DNA of 64,000 nt, taken from positions 3,222,876-3,286,875 of the forward strand of contig OZ252103.1 in NCBI GenBank assembly GCA_965248395.1, in the 5' to 3' direction. Shown here piece after piece: positions 29,638 through 39,337 of the stretch. Position 1 is the first letter of the stretch, and every line of letters begins with the position of its first letter. The translations under genes and the position numbers were made by a program. The notes beneath the pieces were generated by a model. That model saw only the letters and a program-made list of their open reading frames with translations. It was not told the DNA's origin and did not search any database. The stretch is from a bacterium (GTDB lineage: Bacteria > JAAXHH01).

Positions 29638-29678
29638 AACGCGCCGACCGCCGTACCGCCGATCAACACCCCGGCCGG

Positions 29679-30911
29679 TTATCCTACCCGGTGTCCTTCT
29701 TTCGCAAGGTAACATTCCGCGTCGTGCCGGATTGGGAGATATCCCGTACTCATGAGGAACTCTCCGACGATTTCGGGTCCCATGAACCGGAAAGTCTTCT
29801 TGAACACCGCGACCCATTCGTCCAGTGAATCGCAGGCCTGGCTGTCCAACCAGCGCTTGAAAGAACCGAATTCCCGCCTGATCTCCTGGACTACGCGGGC
29901 ATTGTGGATGGTCGCGTCGATTTTCAACCGGTTCCGGATAATGCCGTCGTCCCGCAGCAGGCGCTCCCTGTCGCTTTCCCCGTAGTCGGAGACCCGGTCC
30001 ACGTCAAATTGGTCGAAGGCCGTCCGGAATGCCTTCCTCTTCTTCAATACCGTAAGCCAGCTCAGTCCCGCCTGGTTGATCTCGAGAACGAGCCGTTCAA
30101 GCAAGTCGTTATCCCTGGTCAGCGGAAAGCCGTACTCGTCGTCGTGGTAAGCGGCCAACAGCGGGTGTTTCAACGTCCATGCGCACCGTTGGCGGTCTTC
30201 AGCTTCCTTCTCGACAAATTCGCCGGTGCGGTAGGGACGGGTGTCGGTACCCGTAATCCACGCCTCGGGCAGGTGGCGCGTGCAGTTCATGAGGCCGAGT
30301 TGCGTATAGGTGGGGGTGATGGTAAACCGGGTAACGGAGGTATTGGCGAACTGCTCGAAATGTTCGTATCCCATCCCGGGCATGTCCATGATGACGCCCA
30401 TGAGGAACCGGATGAATGCTCCGTGGGTAACGAGGACGACGCGTTCCCCGGTATGATCGAATTCGTTCCGTATCCGCTCGATCACTCGCACCGCCCTTTC
30501 CCGGGCGCTTTCGTAATCTTCCCAGGGCCGGCGTTTCCACCAGCCCTCGTCGTCGAATTCGCTGCCGAGTCGCACGCCGGGAAATCCCCGTTCGATGTCC
30601 GACCGTTTCATGCCGGGTTGACCCACGTATTTCGTCCTTCCGCCGAAACCGGCCATGACGCCGCCCTGTTCGTGGATGTCGGTCCAGGCGTCCACCGGCT
30701 GCCCGGTTTCACGTATATAAGGAGCAATGGTCTCAAGCGTACGCAGGAAGGGGCTGACGAAAATGCGGGATGGGCGGAAATGGCGTATGCGGTTTACGAG
30801 GTATGCTGCCTGCCGATATCCGAGCGGAGTCAGGGCCGGATCGTCGATGCGCTCCTCTTCGGAACGGGCGTTGTTTTCGGATTCCGCGTGGCGTACGATG
30901 TACAGTTCCAT
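29679..30911 (-). CDS. fusion of histidine phosphatase (PGM family) and DNA-3-methyladenine glycosylase I (Tag)
   Basis: N-half RHAES, SPFLRTLET, THG; C-half RCAW, YHDDEYG, LEINQAGLSWLTVLKKR, IIRNRLKI, HDAEC; one uninterrupted ORF. Confidence 0.88.
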   Translation of the reverse strand: MELYIVRHAESENNARSEEERIDDPALTPLGYRQAAYLVNRIRHFRPSRIFVSPFLRTLETIAPYIRETGQPVDAWTDIHEQGGVMAGFGGRTKYVGQPGMKRSDIERGFPGVRLGSEFDDEGWWKRRPWEDYESARERAVRVIERIRNEFDHTGERVVLVTHGAFIRFLMGVIMDMPGMGYEHFEQFANTSVTRFTITPTYTQLGLMNCTRHLPEAWITGTDTRPYRTGEFVEKEAEDRQRCAWTLKHPLLAAYHDDEYGFPLTRDNDLLERLVLEINQAGLSWLTVLKKRKAFRTAFDQFDVDRVSDYGESDRERLLRDDGIIRNRLKIDATIHNARVVQEIRREFGSFKRWLDSQACDSLDEWVAVFKKTFRFMGPEIVGEFLMSTGYLPIRHDAECYLAKEGHRVG

Positions 30912-31118
30912 TGTTTTTTGCGGTCTTTCTCCTGGCGGTTGGCCTATTTCGTATGGCTGGTTTCGAATGGCTGGTTAAATGCGACGTTCGCAATATCGTC
31001 CGTAAGGTATATTTTCAGTCTATACGTTAAAAGGAAAACGTTTGACAGTCTTGACAGAGACGGATTAGATTTCCCTTTCGTGCCTGAACGGTTTACACCT
31101 CGACAGGAGCGCGCTCAA

Positions 31119-32228
31119 ATGAACGAGTCCGGCCAGGCCTACGTCGAATATCGAAACGTCTGCAAGAGCTACGACGGAAAGACCACGGTGGTCAACGACG
31201 TAGACCTGGACATTCGCAAGGGAGAGTTCCTGACCCTACTCGGACCTTCCGGTTCAGGCAAGACCACCTGCCTGATGATGCTGGCCGGTTTCGAGACGCT
31301 CACGTCCGGTGAAATCCGCGTAAACGGCCGCTCCATCCAAACCCTGCCGCCCCGCAAACGCGGCATCGGCATGGTATTCCAGAATTACGCCCTGTTCCCC
31401 CACATGACGGTAGGCGCCAATCTGGCTTTTCCGCTCGAGGTCCGCGGCATGGACAGCGACCAGTGCCGTCAACGGGTGGAACGGGCCCTGCGGCTGGTAC
31501 GTCTCGACGGGTACGAGAACCGGCGTCCCAGCCAGCTTTCCGGTGGACAGCAGCAACGCGTGGCCATTGCCCGCGCCCTGGTATTCGATCCTGAACTGGT
31601 GCTCATGGATGAACCGCTGGGGGCACTGGACCGCCGTCTCCGCGAGGAAATGCAGTACGAGATACGCCGCATCCACAAGACCCTCGGCGTCACCGTAGTA
31701 TACGTCACCCATGACCAGCAGGAAGCCATGGTCATGTCGGACCGCATCGCCGTACTCCGTGACGGCATCATCGAGCAGGTCGCCGATCCGGAGACCCTTT
31801 ACGAGGAACCGAAGAGCTCGTTCGTGGCCCGGTTCATCGGAGAGAACAACCGCCTGCACGGAAGGGTGGTCGGGGTGGACGGAGATATCTGCGAAGTGGT
31901 CGCGGGAGGCGAGACCATCCGGGCGATACGCATCGCGCCATGCGGGCTGGGCGACGCTACGACCCTTTCCATACGCCCCGAGCGCGTGGCCGTTACACCG
32001 GAACCGGGTCTGTACACCAACGAACTGGAAGCGCTGATCGAGGACATCACGTTCCTGGGAGATAATCTCCGTATACGCGTTTCGGTGTGCGGCACGTCCG
32101 ACTTCGTCATCAAAATACCCAATATCGTCGGTCACGGTGCCCTGTTGGCAGGCGACCGTATACACATCGGCTGGACGCCGATCGACTGCCGGGTGCTCGA
32201 CCCGGACAACGAAGGGGAAGCCCCATGA
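31119..32228 (+). CDS. PotA-like ABC transporter ATP-binding protein
   Basis: GPSGSGKT, FQNYALFPHM, LSGGQQQRVA, DEPLGALD; AGGAG RBS before ATG 31119. Confidence 0.93.
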   Translation: MNESGQAYVEYRNVCKSYDGKTTVVNDVDLDIRKGEFLTLLGPSGSGKTTCLMMLAGFETLTSGEIRVNGRSIQTLPPRKRGIGMVFQNYALFPHMTVGANLAFPLEVRGMDSDQCRQRVERALRLVRLDGYENRRPSQLSGGQQQRVAIARALVFDPELVLMDEPLGALDRRLREEMQYEIRRIHKTLGVTVVYVTHDQQEAMVMSDRIAVLRDGIIEQVADPETLYEEPKSSFVARFIGENNRLHGRVVGVDGDICEVVAGGETIRAIRIAPCGLGDATTLSIRPERVAVTPEPGLYTNELEALIEDITFLGDNLRIRVSVCGTSDFVIKIPNIVGHGALLAGDRIHIGWTPIDCRVLDPDNEGEAP

Positions 32229-33331
32229 ATCGCAAGTCGTCGTGTACCCTGTTCTTCCTTCTGACCGTGATCATACTGTTTGCGACGCCAACTGGCAATA
32301 CAGCCGCGCAGGACCAGTCGCTTACCCTCGTCAGCCGGGGTGGTTCGTACACCCGCGCCTGCGAGAAGGGATTCATCGAGCGGTTCGAAGACGAAACTGG
32401 CATAGAAGTTAAAATCGAAGACTACAACGGCGGACTGGCCCAGGTCCGTGCCCAGGTCGACGTGGGCAACGTGTACTGGGATGTCGTCGACATGGAGCTT
32501 CCCGACCTGGTGCGGGGCTGTGACGAGGGTCTGCTGGTCCCGATCGACATCGAAGAAGACGTAGCGCCGGGTTCGGACGGCACTTCCCCGGAGGAAGACT
32601 TCGTCGAAGGGGGGATCACGGAGTGCGGCACGACCAACCTGTTCTACTCGACGGTGGTCGCCTATAACGACGAACGCATCGGGGGCACGAAACCATCGAC
32701 TGTCGCCGACTTCTTCGACCTGGAGAGATTCCCTGGCCGCCGGGGCATGCGTCGATCACCCCTGGTTAATCTCGAGTTCGCCTTGATAGCCGACGGAGTG
32801 CCGCTGGATGAAGTTTACACCACGCTCGGTACGGAGGAGGGAGTTGTCCGTGCGTTTCGCAAGCTGGATACCGTCAAGGAATATATCGTCTGGTGGGAGA
32901 CCGGCGCCCAGCCGCCCCAGATGCTGGCCGACGGCGAGGTGGTGATGACCACGGCCTATAACGGCCGCGTCTTCAACGCCCAGGTGCTGGAGGGTCAGCC
33001 CTTCGTGATCATCTGGGACGGCCAGGTCCTGGATACGGGTGGTTTCGGTATCGTCGAGGGCACACGAAACCTCGAAGCCGCGAAGAAGTTTGTCCGTTTC
33101 GCCACCACGACGCAGTCCATGGTCGGCGTCACCCGGTACATCGCCTACAGTCCGACCCGCAATTCGGCCACAGGTTTGGTCACAACCCACGCTGAATCGG
33201 GCGTGGATATGAATCCCCACATGCCCACGAGTCCGCAGAACGCAGCCCGTGCCCTGCACAACGACTGGGAATGGTGGACCGACAACGGCGAAGAAATGAA
33301 CGAACGCTTCAGCACGTGGCTGGCCCGGTGA
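32225..33331 (+). CDS. PotD/PotF-like extracellular solute-binding protein
   Basis: Signal peptide; DFFDLERFPGRRGMR, LEFALIADGV, YNGR; ATGA overlap with the ATPase gene. Confidence 0.9.
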   Translation: MNRKSSCTLFFLLTVIILFATPTGNTAAQDQSLTLVSRGGSYTRACEKGFIERFEDETGIEVKIEDYNGGLAQVRAQVDVGNVYWDVVDMELPDLVRGCDEGLLVPIDIEEDVAPGSDGTSPEEDFVEGGITECGTTNLFYSTVVAYNDERIGGTKPSTVADFFDLERFPGRRGMRRSPLVNLEFALIADGVPLDEVYTTLGTEEGVVRAFRKLDTVKEYIVWWETGAQPPQMLADGEVVMTTAYNGRVFNAQVLEGQPFVIIWDGQVLDTGGFGIVEGTRNLEAAKKFVRFATTTQSMVGVTRYIAYSPTRNSATGLVTTHAESGVDMNPHMPTSPQNAARALHNDWEWWTDNGEEMNERFSTWLAR

Positions 33332-33332
33332 A

Positions 33333-34571
33333 ATGAAAGGGAGATCCCCCATGTACGAGGCCCCTGGTAAGAAGATCGGGCGCCTCAGGACCGGTCCCCG
33401 GATGCGGGCCGCGGTCTTGGTGCTGCCGCTGCTGGTATTCATCGGGGTGACCTTCCTTGCGCCGCTGGCGAACATGCTCGTGCGCAGCGTATACGATCCG
33501 GTGGTCGCCGATGCGCTGCCCGGCACCCTCGAAAAGCTGCGTACCTGGGACGGACAGGGACTCCCTGGCGAAACGGCATACGAAGCGTTGGCCGGTGAAT
33601 TGTTGACCGCGAGGGCGGAGCGTACGCTTGGCCAGGTCGCCACGAGGATCAACCGCATTCAAAGCGGACTCCGCAGCGTATTGACGCGCAGCGCCCGAAG
33701 GCTTCGCGACGCCGAAGAGGGGCCATGGCGGGAAGCCATGATCGGTATCGACGAGGCCTGGGGAGAGACGGGTACCTGGCTCGCGCTGCGCGAGGCGGGA
33801 AACCGGTACACCGCGCGCCACTACCTGAACGCCCTCGATCTGCGGCGCAGTTTCGACGGATCCATCGCCCGCCAGTCTGAAGACCGCCGGATCTACCTCG
33901 TCCTGCTCTGGCGCACCCTGCTCGTGAGCCTGGGCGTCACCGTCCTCTGCCTGATCATCGGGTACCCCATCGCCCGCCTGATCGCCCATTCACCGCCTAA
34001 ACGCGCCAACCTGCTCCTCATCCTGGTCCTCGTGCCATTCTGGACCTCGCTGCTGGTGCGGACGACATCGTGGATCGTGATCCTGCAGAACCAGGGCGTC
34101 CTCAACGACATACTCGTCTTCGTGGGACTGATCGGTGACGATGGCCGGCTTGCCATGATCTACAACATGACCGGTACCTTCGTGGCCATGACCCACGTGC
34201 TGCTGCCGTTCATGGTACTACCGATCTACTCGGTAATGAGCGCCATTCCTTCAGTCCAGATGAGCGCCGCGGCGTCGCTGGGAGCCAGTACATGGCAGTC
34301 GTTCTGGCGCGTATACTGGCCGCAGACGCTGCCGGGCGTGGGGGCCGGTTCCCTGCTCGTGTTCATCCTCGCCATCGGATACTACATCACGCCGGCGCTC
34401 GTGGGCGGAAGCAGCGGCCAGCTGATCTCCAACATGATCGCGTACCACATGCAGACGTCCCTCAACTGGAGTCTCGCGGCGGCGCTGGGCGGCATCCTGC
34501 TCATATGCGTGGCTGGACTATACGTACTATACGACCGCCTCGTGGGCATCGAACGGATGAGGCTGGGATGA
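33333..34571 (+). CDS. PotB-like ABC transporter permease
   Basis: VPFWTSLLVRT, HVLLPFMVLP, AAASLGA loop, GYYITPALVGG. Confidence 0.92.
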   Translation: MKGRSPMYEAPGKKIGRLRTGPRMRAAVLVLPLLVFIGVTFLAPLANMLVRSVYDPVVADALPGTLEKLRTWDGQGLPGETAYEALAGELLTARAERTLGQVATRINRIQSGLRSVLTRSARRLRDAEEGPWREAMIGIDEAWGETGTWLALREAGNRYTARHYLNALDLRRSFDGSIARQSEDRRIYLVLLWRTLLVSLGVTVLCLIIGYPIARLIAHSPPKRANLLLILVLVPFWTSLLVRTTSWIVILQNQGVLNDILVFVGLIGDDGRLAMIYNMTGTFVAMTHVLLPFMVLPIYSVMSAIPSVQMSAAASLGASTWQSFWRVYWPQTLPGVGAGSLLVFILAIGYYITPALVGGSSGQLISNMIAYHMQTSLNWSLAAALGGILLICVAGLYVLYDRLVGIERMRLG

Positions 34572-35386
34572 TGATAAACACCGAACAGGGATTCTGGCAC
34601 ATCGCGTACCTGGGACTCTGCGCGCTCGTCTTCGCCTTCCTGATCGCACCGATCCTGGTGATCGTGCCGCTGAGTTTCAACGCCGAACCCTATTTCACGT
34701 TTACCGATGGCATGCTTCGCCTCGATGCGGACGCCTGGTCCCTGAGGTGGTACCGGCAGATCGTCGAGGACGAAGAGTGGTCGCGGGCTCTCGCAAACAG
34801 CCTCGTAATCGGAGTCTCCGCAACGATCCTCGCCACCGTCCTCGGCACGCTCGCCTCGCTGGGACTGTCGAATGCGGCCATGCCTGCGCGCCGATTCGCC
34901 ACCGGACTGCTGATTTCACCCATGGTCACGCCCGTGATCATCTCGGCGGCGGGGATGTTCTTCTTCTATTCGAACCTGGGATTGGCGCAGACCCACCTCG
35001 GGCTGATCCTCGCCCACGCGGCCCTGGGTACGCCCTTCGTCGTGATCACGGTCACCGCCACGCTGGCAGGCTATGACGCGAACCTGTCGCGGGCCGCCGC
35101 CAGCCTGGGCGCGGGACCCTTGAGGATCTTCCGGCGCGTGCAACTCCCCCTGATTGCACCGGGCGTGGTTTCCGGGGCGATTTTTGCCTTCGCCGCGTCC
35201 TTCGATGAGGTCGTAGTAGTGCTATTCATGGGCGGGATCGAGCAGCGCACGATACCGCGCCAGATGTGGTCGGGCATCCGGGAGGAAATCAGTCCCGCCA
35301 TCCTGGCCGTGGCCGTCTTCCTCATCGTATTCGCCGTGGTGTTCCTGTTGACCGTGGAGTGGCTGAGGCGGCGCTCAGCGAGGTAG
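34568..35386 (+). CDS. PotC-like ABC transporter permease
   Basis: PLSFN, WSLRWY, RAAASLGA, SFDEVVV; ATGA overlap. Confidence 0.92.
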   Translation: MMINTEQGFWHIAYLGLCALVFAFLIAPILVIVPLSFNAEPYFTFTDGMLRLDADAWSLRWYRQIVEDEEWSRALANSLVIGVSATILATVLGTLASLGLSNAAMPARRFATGLLISPMVTPVIISAAGMFFFYSNLGLAQTHLGLILAHAALGTPFVVITVTATLAGYDANLSRAAASLGAGPLRIFRRVQLPLIAPGVVSGAIFAFAASFDEVVVVLFMGGIEQRTIPRQMWSGIREEISPAILAVAVFLIVFAVVFLLTVEWLRRRSAR

Positions 35387-35413
35387 GCTCAAAGTAAACC
35401 GCTTCCGGGGTTG

Positions 35414-36520
35414 CTACTTCCGCGAGGTTTCTTCCATTTCCGCGCCGTTCATGTATTCGTTCATCAGGGAGTGGAAGTGGTGGACGCCGTTCTCCCGCTT
35501 GACGGAGAACCTGCCCTGGTTGTAGGACTCGGACTGCAACCCACGCTGCACGTGCTCGCAGATGAAGATGTCCTCTTCCTGGATCTCGTCTCCGAAATCT
35601 ACCAGGTTTTCCACGTCCTGGTCCATGTCGGGCAGCAGGTACCATTCGAATATGGTCAGGCAGCGTTCGTGTCCCAGGGGAACGATCAGGTTGGTCTGCA
35701 TCTGTCCCAGGTAGATGTTGAGCATCAACGTGGGAAAGACCCAGTAGTACTGCGTGTCGTTCTGGTTCTGCTGCGTAGGCACGTACCGGCGCTGTCCCTT
35801 GTACCCCTTCGACTCCTCACCGCGGATCGGCGCGTGCTGAATGGAATAGTATCGGTGGGGTTCCACCCGGTAGGCGTCATAGTCGATCTCGCGGTAGAGT
35901 CCGGGATGGACGACCGGCAGGTGATACCCTTCCAGGTAGTTGTCCACGTATACCTTCCAGTTGCAGTTCATCTCGTAGTCCCGGCGTTTGGCCCATTTCA
36001 TCTCGCCGATGCGGTGTCCGGAAGCCCGCTTCTCGATATCGCCCAGGAAAGCTTCCAGGGGAGGCGCCGTTTCGTCCAGGTTGACGAACAGCAGGGGGCC
36101 CCACTCGCTCACCCGGACCGGTTTGAGCGCCATGGCGCACCGGTCGAGATCCTGCACGTCTTCGAATTCGGGTGCGTGCCGCAGCGTGCCGTCCAGGTTG
36201 TAGGTCCACCCGTGGTAATAGCAGACGAAGGTCCTCCGGTTGCCCTGTTCGAGGGCCACGGGTCCGGCGCGGTGCCTGCACACGTTGAAGAATCCCCGGA
36301 CCACGTCGTCGGCGCCGCGTGCAATCACTACCGGTTCGCCCGCCACGTCCACCGTGAAGTAGTCCCCGATTTTGGCCACCTGGTCGACCCTTCCCACGAG
36401 TTGCCAGGTCTTCCTGAAAACGTCCCTGTATTCCCGCCGCAGGAAATCCGGGTCGGTGTACCAGGAAGAAGGAATCGTCCAGGCGGTTTCAATGTTCTGA
36501 TCGAATGGATGATCCGTCAT
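35414..36520 (-). CDS. Rieske non-heme iron oxygenase alpha subunit (choline monooxygenase/CntA-like)
   Basis: CRH..CYYH Rieske motif, NWKVYVDNYLEGYHLPVVH iron site, EDIFICEHVQRG. Confidence 0.9.
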   Translation of the reverse strand: MTDHPFDQNIETAWTIPSSWYTDPDFLRREYRDVFRKTWQLVGRVDQVAKIGDYFTVDVAGEPVVIARGADDVVRGFFNVCRHRAGPVALEQGNRRTFVCYYHGWTYNLDGTLRHAPEFEDVQDLDRCAMALKPVRVSEWGPLLFVNLDETAPPLEAFLGDIEKRASGHRIGEMKWAKRRDYEMNCNWKVYVDNYLEGYHLPVVHPGLYREIDYDAYRVEPHRYYSIQHAPIRGEESKGYKGQRRYVPTQQNQNDTQYYWVFPTLMLNIYLGQMQTNLIVPLGHERCLTIFEWYLLPDMDQDVENLVDFGDEIQEEDIFICEHVQRGLQSESYNQGRFSVKRENGVHHFHSLMNEYMNGAEMEETSRK

Positions 36521-36604
36521 GCGATCGGTCTCCTTCTACTTCACGGTCCGAACTTCATACGAAATATCTGCATACCACTGGTGCCTGCGCCACCGCCTTT
36601 TTGG

Positions 36605-39313
36605 CTACAACCCGTCCGGATCCAATACCTCTGCCAATGCAAGTCCCTTATCGGTCAACTGGGCCTCGATCTCGGACCGGTCACCCACGAGCAGGTAGCC
36701 CGCGCGCCGTGGTTTAAGGTGCTGACTGGCGGCGGATCGCACTTCATCCAGGGTAACGGCCTCGAGGTTTTCGACCGAGTCCCTTATATCCGACATGGGC
36801 CTGCCCGAACTCCACAGTCCTCCGATGCTGCCCGCGATGCGTCTGAGGGATTCGAACTGCTGGGCGTAACCCCGGATGCGCCCCGTCCTGGCCTCTTTCA
36901 GTTCCTCCTCGCCCACCGGGCGTTCACCCGCCAGTCCGTCCATTTCGGACATCAATTCCAGCACGACCTCACCGGTCTTGTCCGCCTGGATCGACGTCTG
37001 AGCCTTCCAGTAACCGGCGGCTCCAAGCAATCCCAGCGCCGTGGATACCCCGTAGGTGTAGCCTTTTTCTTCCCGCAGGTTCAGGTTGAGCCGGGACTGA
37101 AAACCTCCGCCCCAGACCGCGTCCACGAGTCTAAGGGCATAGTAGTCGGGCGTGTCGCGCCCGGGCGCTTCGATAAACTGGCAGACTACCGTCTGGGGCG
37201 CGTCGGGACGATCGATCAGGTAGATCCGGTTCGCCTTCCGTTCGGGAGATAGATCCGGGACGGTCTTCGCCGGCCTGACATCACCCCTCCACGATCCGAA
37301 TCGGTTTTCCGCCAGTTTCATCGCCTGGTCGTAGGTTATGTCTCCCACGAATACCAGGGCCGACTGGTCCGGACGCCAGTTCTCTTCGTAGGACCTGGCG
37401 ATATCGTACCTTGTCGCGTCGGCGACTGTAGACACATATCCCTGCACGGGCCGTCCATAGGGATGATCCGCGCCGAATACCAGCATGGGGCACACCCGCT
37501 GGGCCAGCGACTGGGGATGGGAGGCCTGCTGTGCCAGGTTATCCAGGTGGTGATGCCGCTCCCGTTCCAGTTCCTCTTCGGGAAACAGGGGGTTGCGTAC
37601 GACCTCGGCGAAAAGGGACATGGCCGGAGTCAGGTTCTCCGTCAACACGTCCAGTCCGAGCCTGGCGGATTCAAGGTACATGGATTTCCGGATGACCGTA
37701 CCCAGCCGGCTCAGCGCTTCGTCGATCGCCAGCGCCCCGTGGCTCCGCGTGCCCTTGTCCATCGTCTGCAACATGAGTTGAGACGCACCGGCTCTTTCGG
37801 GTGGATCGTGCACGCTGCCTGTCTTCACGTTCAGCGACACGGCCACTTTGGGCAGATCATGATGTTCGACGACCAGCACTTCCAGGCCGTTGTTGAGCCG
37901 TCCCTCGTGAACCGTGGGCGTCTGGAAGGGTGTGTCCTTGCCGAGTGCCGGTATCCTGGCTCGATCCAGGGTTTCATCGGCGGCAGCGGGAGCGGCGCCT
38001 TGATCGACCACTTTCGATAGCTCATCGGGGTAGTAACGGAGCAGCAGGCCGTGACGGGAAACCAGCCACCGCTCGGCCGTTTCCGCGATCTTCGATCCGG
38101 TCAGTTCTCGGAACCTGTCGTGTTCGACGTGGAAAAAACCCGGATCGTTCTTGTAGGTATTCGACTCGTTCAGCCGGTCCGCCTTGCCGCCAAATCCACC
38201 GATACGTTCCAGGCTGGAGACGTACTGGTATTCCCACACGGTGCGGGCACGCTCCACCTCGTCCCGGGTCGGACCACTGGCCGCCAGTCTCGCGATTTCT
38301 TCCGTGACCAGCCCCTCGACCTCCAGGATGTCGCCGCCGGGGCGAACGGTGGCAATGACGCCGAACAGTCCGGAAATCTCCTGTGCATAGTTGAAGGTAC
38401 TGACCTCCGTGCACAGCCTGCGGTCGTAGACCAGCAGTTTTTCAAGCCGGGAGGACAGGCCGTCCCCGAGCACGGCAGCGGCCGCGTCCAGCGACGTCTC
38501 TTCCGCTTCGAACCGCGACGGCGCCGGCCAGATCATGTGAATCCGGGCCTGTGGCACGCGGTCGGTAACCTCCATGATCTTCTGCTCGGACAGGGAGGGC
38601 ACCCAGCGGCGTTGACGGTCGACCAGGGGCCCGGATTCCATCTCACCATAGTAGTGGGCCACGCGGTCCCGGGCATGGTCTTCGTCGAAGTCGCCGGCAA
38701 TGACCAGTGACAGGTTGTTGGGCGTGTAGTAGGTCCTGAAGAACTCGGCCACCTCGTCGACCGTGGCGGCTTCCAGGTCCTCGTGCCGGCCGATGATGGG
38801 CCAGGAGTAGGGATGTCCCTCGGGGTAGAGGTGTTCGTTGACCAGTTCGAACCAGCGCCCATAGGGCTGGTTCTCCGTCGTCTGGCGGCGTTCGTTGCGG
38901 ACGACCTCGCGCTGGTTCTCGAAGTTTTCCCTCGTGAGCGCGTCGGCCAGCGTGGCGATCCGGTCCGACTCCAGCCAGAGCACGTATTCCAGGTTGCCCG
39001 AAGGTACGGTGGCGAAGTAGTTGGTGCGGTCGTAACTCGTGGTACCGTTGACGCCGCCCTCCCTCAGGTTGCCGCCCGCCTGCTCGATGTACTTGAAATA
39101 CCCCCCGGGCGCGTTTTCCGATCCTTCGAACATCAGGTGTTCAAAGAGATGGGCGAACCCTGTGCGGCCGGGCCGCTCCACCTTGGAGCCCACGTGAAAC
39201 CAGTGATTGACATGGACCACGGGCAGTTTGCGGTCAATGTGCAGAATGACCTGCAAACCGTTCGAAAGGGTATACTTCTCAAAGGATACCCGCGGCAGAT
39301 TCTTCGAGGCCAT
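36605..39313 (-). CDS. M16 (pitrilysin) family zinc metallopeptidase
   Basis: GFAHLFEHLMF (HxxEH), NGTTSYDRTNY, RLNLNLREEKGYTY. Confidence 0.93.
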   Translation of the reverse strand: MASKNLPRVSFEKYTLSNGLQVILHIDRKLPVVHVNHWFHVGSKVERPGRTGFAHLFEHLMFEGSENAPGGYFKYIEQAGGNLREGGVNGTTSYDRTNYFATVPSGNLEYVLWLESDRIATLADALTRENFENQREVVRNERRQTTENQPYGRWFELVNEHLYPEGHPYSWPIIGRHEDLEAATVDEVAEFFRTYYTPNNLSLVIAGDFDEDHARDRVAHYYGEMESGPLVDRQRRWVPSLSEQKIMEVTDRVPQARIHMIWPAPSRFEAEETSLDAAAAVLGDGLSSRLEKLLVYDRRLCTEVSTFNYAQEISGLFGVIATVRPGGDILEVEGLVTEEIARLAASGPTRDEVERARTVWEYQYVSSLERIGGFGGKADRLNESNTYKNDPGFFHVEHDRFRELTGSKIAETAERWLVSRHGLLLRYYPDELSKVVDQGAAPAAADETLDRARIPALGKDTPFQTPTVHEGRLNNGLEVLVVEHHDLPKVAVSLNVKTGSVHDPPERAGASQLMLQTMDKGTRSHGALAIDEALSRLGTVIRKSMYLESARLGLDVLTENLTPAMSLFAEVVRNPLFPEEELERERHHHLDNLAQQASHPQSLAQRVCPMLVFGADHPYGRPVQGYVSTVADATRYDIARSYEENWRPDQSALVFVGDITYDQAMKLAENRFGSWRGDVRPAKTVPDLSPERKANRIYLIDRPDAPQTVVCQFIEAPGRDTPDYYALRLVDAVWGGGFQSRLNLNLREEKGYTYGVSTALGLLGAAGYWKAQTSIQADKTGEVVLELMSEMDGLAGERPVGEEELKEARTGRIRGYAQQFESLRRIAGSIGGLWSSGRPMSDIRDSVENLEAVTLDEVRSAASQHLKPRRAGYLLVGDRSEIEAQLTDKGLALAEVLDPDGL

Positions 39314-39337
39314 GACTCATCCTGGTGACAGGGGCCG

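Noticed and set aside
29904-31118. Apparent 405-aa N-terminal extension of the ABC ATPase (774-aa ORF)
   Set aside because: It is antisense to the phosphatase-Tag gene; the real start is ATG 31119 with an AGGAG RBS.
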